Shown: positions 18,191 to 29,700, numbered from the stretch's first letter. The stretch: 64,000 bases of DNA from Bacteroidales bacterium UBA3388 (GCA_002358855.1 DEPQ01000067.1:1106-65105), one strand, 5' to 3'. Numbers and translations: made by a program. Notes: generated by a model not told the origin, from the sequence alone.

Positions 18191-19342
18191 ATGGCTAAAA
18201 GAGATTATTATGAAGTCCTTGGCGTTTCAAAAGACGCAACCGATGACGAATTAAAAAAAGCATATAGAAAACTTGCGATAAAATATCACCCAGATAAGAA
18301 TCCGGGAGACAAAGAAGCTGAAGAAAAATTTAAAGAAGCCGCAGAAGCATACGATGTATTAAGAGATAAGGATAAAAGAGCAAGATACGATCAATTTGGA
18401 CACGCCGGAGTAGATGGACAAGGCGGATTTGGTGGCGGAGCAGGAATGAATATGGACGATATCTTCTCTATGTTTGGCGATATCTTCGGTGGTGGATTCG
18501 GTGGATTTGGAGGATTCGGTTCAAGAAGCAATGGACGTGGTAAAAGAGTGAATAAAGGTGGAAATTTAAGAATTAGAGTCAAATTAACCTTAGAAGAAAT
18601 TGAGCAAGGCGTAGAAAAGAAAATTAAAGTAAAGAAATACGTAGAATGTTCTTCTTGTAAAGGAAGTGGAGCAAAGGCTGGTTCGGAAAAAATCACTTGT
18701 TCTCACTGTGGAGGTTCGGGTGTGATTATTCAAGTCCAAAGAACAATTCTTGGAAATATGCAAACTCAAACTACTTGTCCACATTGCAACGGTGAAGGAA
18801 CAATAATAAAAGATAAGTGTCCAGATTGTAGAGGTGAGGGAATCGTTCAAAGTGAAGAAATTGTAGAAATAAAAATTCCAGCAGGAGTTCAAGACGGAAT
18901 GCAACTTGCTATGCGAGGTTTAGGCAACGCTGGTGCAAGAAATGGAATCAATGGAGATTTGATTGTAGTGATAGAAGAAGTTAAACACGAAATATTTGAG
19001 CGTGATGGAAACAATCTTTGTATGCAAACCTACATTACTTTCTCCGAAGCGGTACAAGGTTCAACAATAGAAGTACCTACTTTGAACGGAAAGGTAAAAT
19101 TCAAAATCGAACAAGGAATGCCATCGGGTAAAGTATTCCGTCTGAAAGGTAAAGGACTTCCTGATGTAAACGGATATTCAAGAGGCGATTTGCTTGTAAG
19201 AGTTGATGTTTGGGTGCCAAAGAGTTTTACAAAAGAAGAAAAGAAACTCTTAGACGAACTATCAAAATTAGATAGTTTTAAGCCAAAACCAAATGCAAAA
19301 GAAAAGAGTTTCTTTGAGAAAATGAAGAATATGTTCTCTTAA
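18191..19342 (+). CDS. dnaJ: Molecular chaperone DnaJ
   Basis: J domain ([18 protein letters not shown]), G/F-rich region, and four CxxCxGxG repeats ([32 protein letters not shown]). Confidence 0.95.
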   Translation: MAKRDYYEVLGVSKDATDDELKKAYRKLAIKYHPDKNPGDKEAEEKFKEAAEAYDVLRDKDKRARYDQFGHAGVDGQGGFGGGAGMNMDDIFSMFGDIFGGGFGGFGGFGSRSNGRGKRVNKGGNLRIRVKLTLEEIEQGVEKKIKVKKYVECSSCKGSGAKAGSEKITCSHCGGSGVIIQVQRTILGNMQTQTTCPHCNGEGTIIKDKCPDCRGEGIVQSEEIVEIKIPAGVQDGMQLAMRGLGNAGARNGINGDLIVVIEEVKHEIFERDGNNLCMQTYITFSEAVQGSTIEVPTLNGKVKFKIEQGMPSGKVFRLKGKGLPDVNGYSRGDLLVRVDVWVPKSFTKEEKKLLDELSKLDSFKPKPNAKEKSFFEKMKNMFS

Positions 19343-19353
19343 CCACTTGAAAA

Positions 19354-20376
19354 ATGACTTTAAACAAAGAAGATATCAGGCGATTTTCCAAAATGATTGA
19401 AGAAAGTGATAATATAGTATTATTATCACACTTTAATCCCGATGGAGATGCGATGGGCTCAACCGTAGCACTATATAGATTTTTACAAAACCTTGGAAAG
19501 AAAAATTTAACGATTATTTACCCAAACGAATATCCACATAATTTTTCATTTTTATTTGAAGGTATAAATCATATCATATCAAGCAATGGTTTACTTGTAG
19601 CAAAGCAAATCGTAAAACAGGCCGACTTGCTTATTTATATGGATTTAAATAAAATCTCTCGCACTTGTGAAGAATTAGAATCAACATTAAATTCTCTTTC
19701 AACACCAAAAGTTTTAATAGATCACCACATCGACCCAGAGCAATTCGACATATCTTTCTCTGATTCTAAGGCTTCTGCAACGGCCGAATTGACTTACAAA
19801 ATTATAAAGCAGATTGACGCTACAAAATTAGATATAAAAATTGCACAAGCTATATATACAGGAATTTGTACTGATACAGGCTCATTTTCTTACTCTTGTT
19901 CAAGACGCGATTGCTTTGATGTAGTAGCAGAATTAGTAGAATTTGGATTAGAAATCGCACCATTAAAACGTCAAGTCTTTGATTTATCTTCCGAAAATCG
20001 TCTAAAACTTTTAGGATACTTACTAAGCGAAAAACTAAGAGTATTTCCACAACACAAAGCAGCCTATATTTCAGTTTCAAAACAAGAATTAAGACAGTTC
20101 AATTTTCAAAAAGGAGACTTAGAAGGCGTTGTAAATTATTGCTTAAAGATAGAAGGAATAGAATTTGCAGCTTTATTATCAGAACGTCAAGATATGATTC
20201 GACTATCCTTTCGCTCAACAAATCCAAACATAGATGTTAATAAATTTGCCAATAAATATTGGAGTGGAGGTGGGCATATATTAGCCGCAGGAGGTAATTC
20301 ACCTCTTTTGCTCAAAGAAGTAGAAGATAAATTGGAAGAACAAATAAAAAATAACTTACATGAAAATAATCAATAA
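19354..20376 (+). CDS. nrnA: DHH/DHHA1 phosphoesterase (NrnA-like oligoribonuclease/pAp phosphatase)
   Basis: Motifs HFNPDGDAMGS, LIDHHI and GGGHILAAGG. Confidence 0.8.
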   Translation: MTLNKEDIRRFSKMIEESDNIVLLSHFNPDGDAMGSTVALYRFLQNLGKKNLTIIYPNEYPHNFSFLFEGINHIISSNGLLVAKQIVKQADLLIYMDLNKISRTCEELESTLNSLSTPKVLIDHHIDPEQFDISFSDSKASATAELTYKIIKQIDATKLDIKIAQAIYTGICTDTGSFSYSCSRRDCFDVVAELVEFGLEIAPLKRQVFDLSSENRLKLLGYLLSEKLRVFPQHKAAYISVSKQELRQFNFQKGDLEGVVNYCLKIEGIEFAALLSERQDMIRLSFRSTNPNIDVNKFANKYWSGGGHILAAGGNSPLLLKEVEDKLEEQIKNNLHENNQ

Positions 20377-20911
20377 ACTCTTTCCAATTATTATCTTAAT
20401 ATTTGCAGTTTCTTGTTCTCGTTCTTATCGCGAAGAAGATCTTACGCAAAAGGTTTTAAGTAAAGAAGACTCTCTAAGAATCAAAGAAGAAAAAATAGAA
20501 GATAGGTTAGAAAAAAATAATCAAATAGTAATCAAGAAAGAATTAGAGAGAATAAAATCCTATGTTAAGAGAAACTCTTGGCAAGTCAAAGAAATAGACG
20601 GAGTTTTCTTTGAAATAATTTCTCAAAGCAAAGGGAAAAAAATACAAAACGCTGAAATAATTTCTTTAAACTATCAATGCTTTTTGCTAAATGGAGAAAA
20701 AGTTTATGATAGCAAAAAAGACGGAAAATTAAATATTAAAATAGGTAGCGAATCTGCTTGTCCGTTGGGCTTACAGATTGCTTTAACACATCTTTATCAC
20801 GATTGCAAAGCACGAATCATTATTCCCTCTTCTTTAGCATACGGATTGAGTGGCGATAATGACCGAATACCACCTGCTGCAACGCTTATTTATGAAGTAG
20901 AAATAGAATAA
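20360..20911 (+). CDS. FKBP-type peptidyl-prolyl isomerase lipoprotein (GldI-like architecture)
   Basis: Lipobox FAVSC. C-terminal FKBP motif LAYGLSGDNDRIPPAATLIYEVEI. Confidence 0.75.
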   Translation: MKIINKLFPIIILIFAVSCSRSYREEDLTQKVLSKEDSLRIKEEKIEDRLEKNNQIVIKKELERIKSYVKRNSWQVKEIDGVFFEIISQSKGKKIQNAEIISLNYQCFLLNGEKVYDSKKDGKLNIKIGSESACPLGLQIALTHLYHDCKARIIIPSSLAYGLSGDNDRIPPAATLIYEVEIE

Positions 20912-20926
20912 CGAAACAATAAATCA

Positions 20927-21772
20927 ATGAAAATAAAATCAATACTAATACTTAGTCTTGTTGCATTAGGTCTTTTTTCATGTAAAGAACGAGAAAAAAA
21001 CACCGACTTTGCATCTACCGAAAAGGGATTTAAGTTTAAACACTGCATAGAAAACAAAACTTCTCCAAAAGTGAAGGTCGGCGACATTATATTAGGAGAA
21101 ATAGAAATTCGTCAAAACGATAGCGTGCTTTATTCAAACTTTGGAAGCCCTAATCGTTTGTTTAAAGTCAATGCAGATACGGTTAGCGATTTTGATAAAC
21201 TGCTTTTAAATGTTCACATAGGAGATTCAATCATTATAGAACCACCTGTGGATACTATTGTACCGTTTGTAGAAAATATAGTGCCACTTCCAAACGATAA
21301 AATACGCTTTTACATAAAGGTTCATCAGATAATTTCGCAAAAAGAATTGACAGATCATGATAAACAAGTGATTGAAAATCAAAGAATAGAAGATTCAACA
21401 CTTGCACTCTTTGTTTCAAGGCACTATCCTGGTGCAGAAAAAAAACAAAGTGGTTTATACATTTTAAAACACACTCAAACACAAGGCGTAAAAGCCGAAT
21501 ATGGAGACACAATTGCTGTTTACTATTCTGTAAGTGACACTTTGAATAACGTTCTTGATAAAAACACAAATGGAAAGCCTTTTGAATTTATCTTAGGCGA
21601 TGATGGACTAATTGCAGGTTGGACAGAAGGACTCTCATATATGCGAAAAGGAGAGCGAATGAGGATTTTAATTCCTTCAAAGATAGCTTACGGAGAAGCG
21701 GGCTACGGAGCAATAGCACCATACACTCCTTTAATATTTGATTTGAATTTAGTAGAAGTAAAAAAACAATAA
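20927..21772 (+). CDS. FKBP-type peptidyl-prolyl isomerase lipoprotein
   Basis: Lipobox GLFSC. C-terminal FKBP domain (GWTEGLSYMRKGERMRILIPSKIAYGEAGYGAIAPYTPLIFDLNLVEV). Confidence 0.8.
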   Translation: MKIKSILILSLVALGLFSCKEREKNTDFASTEKGFKFKHCIENKTSPKVKVGDIILGEIEIRQNDSVLYSNFGSPNRLFKVNADTVSDFDKLLLNVHIGDSIIIEPPVDTIVPFVENIVPLPNDKIRFYIKVHQIISQKELTDHDKQVIENQRIEDSTLALFVSRHYPGAEKKQSGLYILKHTQTQGVKAEYGDTIAVYYSVSDTLNNVLDKNTNGKPFEFILGDDGLIAGWTEGLSYMRKGERMRILIPSKIAYGEAGYGAIAPYTPLIFDLNLVEVKKQ

Positions 21773-21791
21773 AAACAAAACCGAAAAGAAT

Positions 21792-22673
21792 ATGAAAAAA
21801 TTATCTATTATTATTTTAGCACTTGTTTTCACAAGTTTAGCATTCGCACAAGCACCAAAAGGATTCGAAACCGACAAATCAGGCGTGATATACAAAGTAG
21901 ATGTTGCAAATCCGCAAGGAAAACCAATCTCAGAAGGTACAATAGTTCACGGACACTATACTGTACATTTTGGAGACTCTCTTATATTTTCAAATTTTGA
22001 TAAACCAGCCGCTCCAATGTTTGGTGCAATGTCGCAAAATCGTGCATTCAAAGGAGATTTGATAGATGGACTATTCTTAATGAAAGAAGGAGAAATATTT
22101 ACCTTTGCTTTTGTTTACGATTCTATTAAAAAAGTACAACAAGTTCCTCCTTTCTTTAAAGAAGGAGACTATGCGTATTATTCAGTTCAAATAACAAAAG
22201 CACAAAGCCTTGAAGATTTTCAAAGAGAGCAAGATTCTATTCGTAAAGAGCAAATGAGAATAAATGATAGTCTGCAATTAGTAGAATTAGATAGAGTAAT
22301 GGAATATTTATCTAATAATCAGATTTCAAATATTCCTTTTGATGATATTTATTACAAAAAATTATCTTCTGGAAGTGGAGAAAAACCAAAGGCAAATGAC
22401 CAAGTAAAAGTACATTACACAGGAAAATTTCTTGATGGTAAAGTGTTCGATTCCTCAATTCCAAGAAACGAACCTTTAAGCTTTACAATAGGAAAAGGAC
22501 AAATGATAAAAGGATTTGAAATTGGTGTAAAACTAATGCAAAAAGGTGAAAAGGCTGTTATTGTCATACCTTCTGCCTTAGCATACGGTGCAAGACAAAG
22601 GGGAGAGATACCTCCATTTTCTCCACTCGTTTTTGAATTGGAATTAGTCGATATAATATCTCCAAATAAGTAA
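21792..22673 (+). CDS. FKBP-type peptidyl-prolyl isomerase (periplasmic, Mip/FklB-like)
   Basis: Signal peptide ending LAFAQ. VHYTGKFLDGKVFDSS and GFEIGVKLMQKGEKAVIVIPSALAYG. Confidence 0.85.
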   Translation: MKKLSIIILALVFTSLAFAQAPKGFETDKSGVIYKVDVANPQGKPISEGTIVHGHYTVHFGDSLIFSNFDKPAAPMFGAMSQNRAFKGDLIDGLFLMKEGEIFTFAFVYDSIKKVQQVPPFFKEGDYAYYSVQITKAQSLEDFQREQDSIRKEQMRINDSLQLVELDRVMEYLSNNQISNIPFDDIYYKKLSSGSGEKPKANDQVKVHYTGKFLDGKVFDSSIPRNEPLSFTIGKGQMIKGFEIGVKLMQKGEKAVIVIPSALAYGARQRGEIPPFSPLVFELELVDIISPNK

Positions 22674-22679
22674 GATATA

Positions 22680-23492
22680 ATGAATTTAAAACTCTCAAAA
22701 CCTCTCATTGTTTTTGATATAGAATCAACAGGCTTAGTTGTAGGCAAAGATAAAATAATAGAACTTTGTTTAATTAAAGTGATGCCTGATGGAAACGAAA
22801 TAGAAAAATTATATAAAATAAATCCAGGACAACATATTCCTGAAGAAACAACAGAAATTCATGGAATATCGGATAAAGATGTTGAAAATTGTCCGACATT
22901 TGCTCAATTAGCACCAGAATTGATGAATTTCATTGGTAATTCAGACCTTTGCGGATACAATTCCAATAAATTTGATGTCCCTCTCTTAGTAGAAGAGTTT
23001 TTAAGAGCAGGAGTAGATTTTTCTTTGCATAATCGCCGAATCATAGACGTTCAAAACATCTTTCATAAGATGGAACCAAGAAATTTAAAAGGTGCTTACA
23101 AGTTTTATTGCAATAAAGAATTGACAGATGCTCACACTGCAAATGCAGATACGAGAGCAACGCTTGAAGTTTTTAAAGCACAACTTGATAAATATGAAGG
23201 AGTGGAGTATGAAGACAATGACGGAAAAATTTCAATTCCTATTGTAAATGATATGAACAAACTTTCGGTTTTCACAAAGACAGGAAATTGGGCAGATTTA
23301 GTTGGACACATTTATTATAATAAAGAACACAAGGAGTGTTTCAATTTTGGAAAGCATAAAGGCAGTGAAGTAGAGAAAGTTTTTGAAATAGAACCTGCAT
23401 ATTATGCTTGGATGATGAACTCAGACTTTCCTTTATCAACAAAAAGACTAATTACAGAAATCAGAACTCGCAAATTGTTAAAAAATAACTAA
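22680..23492 (+). CDS. DEDDh 3'-5' exonuclease (DnaQ/epsilon-like) with C-terminal extension
   Basis: Exo I VFDIESTGL, Exo II GYNSNKFDVPLL, Exo III HTANADTRAT. Confidence 0.8.
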   Translation: MNLKLSKPLIVFDIESTGLVVGKDKIIELCLIKVMPDGNEIEKLYKINPGQHIPEETTEIHGISDKDVENCPTFAQLAPELMNFIGNSDLCGYNSNKFDVPLLVEEFLRAGVDFSLHNRRIIDVQNIFHKMEPRNLKGAYKFYCNKELTDAHTANADTRATLEVFKAQLDKYEGVEYEDNDGKISIPIVNDMNKLSVFTKTGNWADLVGHIYYNKEHKECFNFGKHKGSEVEKVFEIEPAYYAWMMNSDFPLSTKRLITEIRTRKLLKNN

Positions 23493-23494
23493 GA

Positions 23495-24109
23495 ATGAAA
23501 ATTATTTGTGTAGGAAGAAATTATGAGCAACATATAAAAGAATTGTCTAATTCAAAACCTGAGGAACCTGTTCTTTTTCTTAAACCGGATACGGCTTTGG
23601 TTAAGGGGGGAGAGGCTTTTTATTATCCTGATTTTTCTCAGCAAATTGATTATGAATGTGAGATTGTAGTAAAGATTTCAAAGATTGGTAAGAGTATTCC
23701 TGTATCTTGTGCAAAGAATTATTATGAAGAAGTTGCTTTGGGTTTAGATTTGACGTGTAGAGATTTACAATCAAAAGAAAAAGCTAATGCTTTGCCTTGG
23801 ACACTATCAAAAGCATTTGATTATTCTGCTCCAATTAGCGATTTTTTCTCTCTAAAAGAATTGGGAAACGATGTACAAAATCTTGATTTCTCTCTTTTGA
23901 AAAATGGAGAACTTGTTCAATCTGCTAATAGCTCTCAAATGATTTTTTCTGTTGATGAAATAATTTCTTATATCTCTCAGTTCATTTCTTTAAAGGTTGG
24001 AGACTTAATTTTTACTGGTACACCTGCTGGTGTAGGCTCTGTAAAAATTGGAGATAAGCTTGTTGGAGTTTTGGAAGGTAAAGAAATCTTGAAGTGTGAA
24101 ATAAAATAA
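23495..24109 (+). CDS. Fumarylacetoacetate hydrolase (FAH) family protein
   Basis: KIICVGRNYEQH and GDLIFTGTPAGVG motifs. 204 aa. Confidence 0.85.
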   Translation: MKIICVGRNYEQHIKELSNSKPEEPVLFLKPDTALVKGGEAFYYPDFSQQIDYECEIVVKISKIGKSIPVSCAKNYYEEVALGLDLTCRDLQSKEKANALPWTLSKAFDYSAPISDFFSLKELGNDVQNLDFSLLKNGELVQSANSSQMIFSVDEIISYISQFISLKVGDLIFTGTPAGVGSVKIGDKLVGVLEGKEILKCEIK

Positions 24110-24122
24110 AAAAAATAAAACT

Positions 24123-25778
24123 ATGTTATTGTCTTTGCAAATAGAGAATTACGCATTGATTCGCTCTACAAACATAAATTTTTCACAAGGATTCACCTCT
24201 ATTTGTGGAGAAACAGGGGCAGGAAAGTCCATTTTACTTGGAGCATTAGCCTTAGTGCTTGGTCAAAGAGCCGATAGCGAAGTCTTGCTTGATAAAGAAA
24301 AAAAATGTTTCATTGAAGCAGTCTTTTCTATTAGCAATCAATTGCAACCCTTTTTTGAAGACAATGACTTAGACTTTGATTTAGAATCAACTTTTCGTAG
24401 AGAAATTTTGCCAAATGGTAAATCACGTGCTTTTATCAATGATACACCTGTCAGTCTCAGTGTTATGAAGCAGATAGGAGACTGTTTGGTAGATATACAT
24501 TCTCAACACAATACAATCAATTTAAATGATAAAAGTTTTCAACTTTCAATTCTTGATTCGCATCTTGATGATAAGCAGATTTTAAAGGATTATGCTGCAA
24601 AATACAAAAGATTTAACTCACTTTCTTCTCAAACAGCAGATTTGCAAAAGCAACTTTGCGAATTTGAAAAAGAGAGTTCTTATATTAGTTTTTTGTATGA
24701 GGAGTTAGAAAATGCTAAGTTGAAAGAAGGAGAGCAAGAAGAATTGCAAGAAAGCGTAGATTTGATGTCAAATAGTGAAAATATTAAAACTCAAATCGTA
24801 AATTCACTTTCACTTTTTGAAACAGAGGATTATCCAAGCGTAATACCAAATCTATATGAGATTAAAAATAATATTTCAAAGATAGAAAACTTAAACAAAA
24901 ACACACGAGAACTTTATTCACGCATAGAATCCTCATTCATAGAGTTAAAAGATATTTTTTCAGAACTTCAATCCTTTAATGATTCCATTGTTTTTGATGC
25001 TCAACTTTTAGAAGAAAATACTCAACGATTAGATTTAATCTTTAAATTACAATCGAAACACAATGTGGAAACGGTTGAAGAATTATTGAAAATTAAAGAA
25101 GAACTTGCCAATAAAATCAATCAAAATTCCGACTTAGAGTTTGAAATTTCTAAATTAAAGGAAGAGGAAAATAAATCAAAGAAAGAATTAAATAATTTAG
25201 TCAATAAAATTTTTGAAGCAAGGAAAAAATCTGCTAAACGAGTGGAAGAATCTCTATTGCCTTTATTTGAGGCTATGGGAATGAAAAATGCAGTTTTGAA
25301 AATAGAGATAGAAAAGCCTCAAACACTCAATCAATCGGCAGGAGAGGTGGAATTTCTTTTCAATGCAAACAAAACTCTTACCAATCAATTTAGAGGTTTA
25401 AATAAAGTCGCATCTGGTGGAGAGTTGTCAAGACTAATGCTTGCCCTAAAAGCGATTCATCTTGAAAAAGACAATATGCCAACTCTTATTTTTGATGAAA
25501 TAGATAGCGGAATCTCAGGAGAAATTGCATCAAAGGTTGCTTTGATAATGAAAAATATGGCAAAAAATCGTCAAATCATTGCAATAACACACCTACCTCA
25601 AATTGCAGCAAAAGCAGAAAATCAATTCAAAGTTTATAAAAGTGATATTGAGAATCAAACAGAATCAAAAATCACTCTCCTTTCCAAAGAAGAGAGAGTG
25701 ATTGAAATAGCTAAAATGCTATCTGATGAAAATCCGAGTGAGGCTGCTTTGACTAATTCTCGCGAATTACTCTCTTAG
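24123..25778 (+). CDS. recN: DNA repair protein RecN
   Basis: Walker A GETGAGKSILLGAL, long coiled coil, signature ASGGELSRLMLALK, Walker B LIFDEIDSGISG. Confidence 0.95.
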   Translation: MLLSLQIENYALIRSTNINFSQGFTSICGETGAGKSILLGALALVLGQRADSEVLLDKEKKCFIEAVFSISNQLQPFFEDNDLDFDLESTFRREILPNGKSRAFINDTPVSLSVMKQIGDCLVDIHSQHNTINLNDKSFQLSILDSHLDDKQILKDYAAKYKRFNSLSSQTADLQKQLCEFEKESSYISFLYEELENAKLKEGEQEELQESVDLMSNSENIKTQIVNSLSLFETEDYPSVIPNLYEIKNNISKIENLNKNTRELYSRIESSFIELKDIFSELQSFNDSIVFDAQLLEENTQRLDLIFKLQSKHNVETVEELLKIKEELANKINQNSDLEFEISKLKEEENKSKKELNNLVNKIFEARKKSAKRVEESLLPLFEAMGMKNAVLKIEIEKPQTLNQSAGEVEFLFNANKTLTNQFRGLNKVASGGELSRLMLALKAIHLEKDNMPTLIFDEIDSGISGEIASKVALIMKNMAKNRQIIAITHLPQIAAKAENQFKVYKSDIENQTESKITLLSKEERVIEIAKMLSDENPSEAALTNSRELLS

Positions 25779-26736
25779 TATCAGCATCCTTTAAATCTTC
25801 GTACCAATATTCTTTATCCAAATACTCAATCTTGCGTATTTCGGTATATTTCTCTGTCCAAGAATCAAAAGTGATACGTTTGGTCCAGTTAAAGTATTTA
25901 TCCTTTTCGTATTGATAATAATACTCAATTGTTTTCACTCCTCTGCCATCTACTGCTATTTCTGAAATCATATAATTGTGTACATCATATTCATATGTGT
26001 AGGTTAGGAGTTTTTTATCCTTAGCATTAAATACTTCTTTCTTTACAACCAACCCCTTATCGTTTCTTTCAAATGTTTCTCTTCGTGTTTGCTTGTCGTT
26101 TCTTACTGAAATCTTTTCAATTACGTCGTGTTTATAATCGCGTTTTAAAGTAACCTTATCCACATTCTTAGTGAAATCAAAAGTAGTGATAGTATGAATC
26201 AAACTATCTTGCGGACCATAGAAATATTCTACTGTTTTGTTTTCTCTTTCGTTATCAGAAACAATAGTGTATTTGCTTAAAAATCCTTTCTTATTGTAGA
26301 AAAATTCTTCTGTTCTTTCAATCGTGTTAGCACCTCCGCGACTTTGAGGGTATTCTACCTCAACAGCTTTCGCTAAACGACCAAGATAATTATATTCGTA
26401 TGTAGTTACAGCAACGATTTTATTGTTTGCTTCCATTAAAGTTTTCTTTACCAACTGTTTATTGTTGTCATACTTATACTCGATGAATCTATCCTTGTTG
26501 CCATTTATATAATTAACTCTCTCAGTTATTTGTCTAAGATTATTAAACGTTAATTGATAATCATCAATAAAGCTTGTCCTTTGAGATTTTAAAGTAGAAT
26601 CTGACTCAAACTTCATATATCTCATAGAAGAAGGGTAACCTGCTAAATCATAATCTTTAGCCATATTAGGAATGTCCTGAGATTTTGCAGTTAAAACTGC
26701 AAATAAAGCAACTAAACAAACGAAAAATTTCTTCAT
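25753..26736 (-). CDS. Secreted hypothetical protein with YD/Rhs-like beta-hairpin repeats
   Basis: Start moved to the ATG at 26736 (MKKFFVCLVALFAVLTAKSQ signal peptide), 19 nt downstream of a TATATTTG box. Repeats such as EYKYDNNKQLVKK, TYEYNYLGRLAKA, FFYNKKGFLSKY, TYTYEYDVHNYMISE. Confidence 0.5.
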   Translation of the reverse strand: MKKFFVCLVALFAVLTAKSQDIPNMAKDYDLAGYPSSMRYMKFESDSTLKSQRTSFIDDYQLTFNNLRQITERVNYINGNKDRFIEYKYDNNKQLVKKTLMEANNKIVAVTTYEYNYLGRLAKAVEVEYPQSRGGANTIERTEEFFYNKKGFLSKYTIVSDNERENKTVEYFYGPQDSLIHTITTFDFTKNVDKVTLKRDYKHDVIEKISVRNDKQTRRETFERNDKGLVVKKEVFNAKDKKLLTYTYEYDVHNYMISEIAVDGRGVKTIEYYYQYEKDKYFNWTKRITFDSWTEKYTEIRKIEYLDKEYWYEDLKDADTKRVIREN

Positions 26737-26754
26737 ATAATCAATAAATTTTTG

Positions 26755-26762
26755 CAAATATA
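26755..26762 (-). promoter_or_regulatory. -7 box (TATATTTG) for the YD-repeat protein gene
   Basis: Reverse complement of CAAATATA. Lies in the 43-nt gap between the tamB stop and the start at 26736. Confidence 0.45.
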
Positions 26763-26779
26763 GTGTTTTTTTTGATTTT

Positions 26780-29700
26780 TTAAGATTTCTCTTTCTTTTT
26801 TCTATGGAATATTTCGTTAAAACTATCAAATTGTTTACGATAGAAAAGACCTATGCCTTGTGTGAAAGGAGATATGTTGTATTTTGTGAAGTCGTTGGCA
26901 TTTGAACGATTGAATACTCTTACTCGAAAGGCGTCTGTCATTTTGTATTCCACGTATGCGTCTCCTATTATAGCGTTTGTTTCTTGTGTAGCAGTTGAAA
27001 CGTTATCACCTGTTCCAAAACTAGAATTTACATTGACTACTAAGCGTCCGTAATCTCTTGAAAGGTTTAGGTCAAATTGGTCAGATGTTGTTTCTGTTCC
27101 GCGAGAGTAGTTCATATTTACGTCAACTACTTTAATAACATCGGTAAGCATTCCGCTGATTTGCCCAAAGGCTGCCTCAAAAGCCGAAGATATTCCTGTT
27201 TCCATTACAGTGTTTTCGTAATTTCCTTCTGCTGAATAGAATTGATGAAGAAATAAAAGGGAAACTGTTTGTTCTAACATTGCTTTTTCATCGTTTCGGT
27301 CAATATTCATAAAGAGTCGCTCAACTGTATTGTCATCTGTATTTGGTAAACGAATGTCAAATTTTGGTTGAGGGTTCATCATACTTCCTGTAAGTTTAAT
27401 AATGGAGTGTACATCAACTGCTTTGGAATATTCCGATCCAAGTATTGGCATAAGTGAGGCTTTGGTTTTATAAACTGCTTGTACGTCTAAATTTCCTCCT
27501 GCTGGTTCTCCTGTCCAGGTGAGAGTTCCTCCTTGTTCTATTTCAAAGGTTTTTGCCATCATATCCATAACAGACATTTTGAATTGTCCGTTATCAATTT
27601 CTATTCCTCCAATTAGAGATAATTCTCCTTGACTATCTAAAATTATTTTTAAGTCTCCGTTTCCTTTTGCAGATAAATCTCCTTTTAATTGATTGAAATC
27701 CATTGGTAGAATAAGTTGTGCATCAGGTGTAACATTCAAATCTACAGATATATCATAAGTTAAACCTTGTGTTTCTTCTTGTTTGATTTTTTCTTCTAAG
27801 GAAACATTAGTTGTGTCTTGAATTGTTACAAATTTTATAAAGGAATTTTGTGTGGCGGAAGTCTTGCTTGATACAGGAACGGTCAAAACAGTTCCTCTTT
27901 CTGTACGTGCAGCAACGTCAATGTCTAAGTGATTTAAGTCTCCTCTAACATCGGCTGTAGCAGAAGCAAAGGCAGTTCCGTAATACATTTGATCGGAGTA
28001 TTCATCAGTATCTAATATTTTTAGTTTGTCAGCCACTGCATTTATGTTTAGTTTAAAATCTGTGAAATTATAGTGCGTAATATCTCCGTTAAGTATTATT
28101 TTATTTTTTTGTTTGTCTAAAAGAATAAAATTATTCAAAGAAAAAATATTATCATTCAAATAAATCTTGTCGTTAAAGTCGTATGTAATGTTTAAAATAT
28201 CTATTTTTAAATGAGCATTCTTTGTTTCTAAAACACCAGAGATGTTTGGTTGGGTGAAAGGTCCTTTGATTTTTAAATCTTTTGTGTAAAGTGTTCCGCC
28301 AATATCAGAAGACAAGGAGGCAAGATAGGGTTCTATTATTTTTAAATTAAGATTATCCATAGAAAGTTTTAGATCTAAATTATTGTCTTTGCTTTTTGTG
28401 TTAATGAAACCTTTGATAGATAGGGGAACTATAGCCTTCTTATCTTGGCTTTTATATTGCATTTTTATATTAGTAGCAAATACTTCTTTGGTTAAAGCAT
28501 TGTTTATATTGAAACTTGCTTTGCCAAGATTGATTCCATTGACAAATAAATCATCTATTACTAAATTTGAGGTAAGATTAAAGTTACTTAAAATATTTCT
28601 TAAAACTACTTTTTGATTTATTTGACCTTTAAGATTTAATCCAAAGGAATTAAGAATTGGATTAAAAGTGGAAATATCTAAGTCTTTAAAAATTACGTCT
28701 AATTTATTGTTTGGTTTATCTGAAATATTACCATTGAGAGTTATTGAGCCTTTGTTTTGTTTTAAACTAAAATTTAGTAAAGATAAAGCATTGTCAAAAT
28801 AACTTATTGTATGATTATCGTTTAATTTTACGGTGGACTTGGCTATGTTTATATAAGAATTATTGAAATATCCTTGCAAACCATTTGGTGTAAGGAAGCC
28901 TTTGAAATCCAAAACAGCGGAAAGCTCATCTTTTTCGCTCATTCCTGCTTGTAAATTCAGTAATATTTCCCCGTTATTGTGCGAAATATTTAAATCATTA
29001 GCACTTATATTTAAACTATCTCCAAGTTTGATATTGCTAACCTTTAAATGATTGTCAAATAATCCATTATTAGCGTTAGAATTTAATGAAATGTTTTGGA
29101 AAATATAGGTGTCATAAATAAAATAATCAGATTTTAAGTCAAGAATTAAGTCTTGTTGAGGATTTATATTTGCAGTTAAAAGAGTTTGTGGAGCAACATT
29201 CATATTAAGAGCAAATAAATCTGTTATCATATCCAGATTTTTTAACTCCACTTTTAAGTTTATGTTATTATTTGTGTTAAAAGGAATAATATTCGTTTGA
29301 GTGGAATGAGTTTGTGTTGGTTTTGGAGAAAGAAGTGAAAAATCTGGAATGTAAGTTGCAACAAATCCGTTAATGTATTCAACTAAGGATTCAATAGTGT
29401 ACTTGCCTTCTGCAACAAGTGAAAAAATGTTAGAATTAAGTGTAAGAATATTTGCTATACTATCGTTTCTTGTTCTAATATTTAAGTAATCTATATCGTA
29501 ATTTTTTGATTGTGTAGAAATAATTGCGTTTCTGAAATCAATAAATGCTCGTAAACTATCTAAATTAAAGCCGTTTGCTCTTGCAACAATGTCAGTTGAA
29601 ATTACGGCTGTTGTATCTGGAAAATTAAAGAAATTCATTTTTTGAAGATTTACTTCATTTAAATCTCCTCTTAAAATAGTTGAAAAATTATTTAGAAGGT

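Noticed and set aside
25753-26736. YD-repeat protein as an Rhs-type polymorphic toxin.
   Set aside because: It is only about 327 aa. It has no Rhs core or shell length, no PxxxxDPxGL-type cleavage motif, no C-terminal toxin domain and no adjacent immunity gene. It is more likely a small beta-rich periplasmic or outer-membrane protein.
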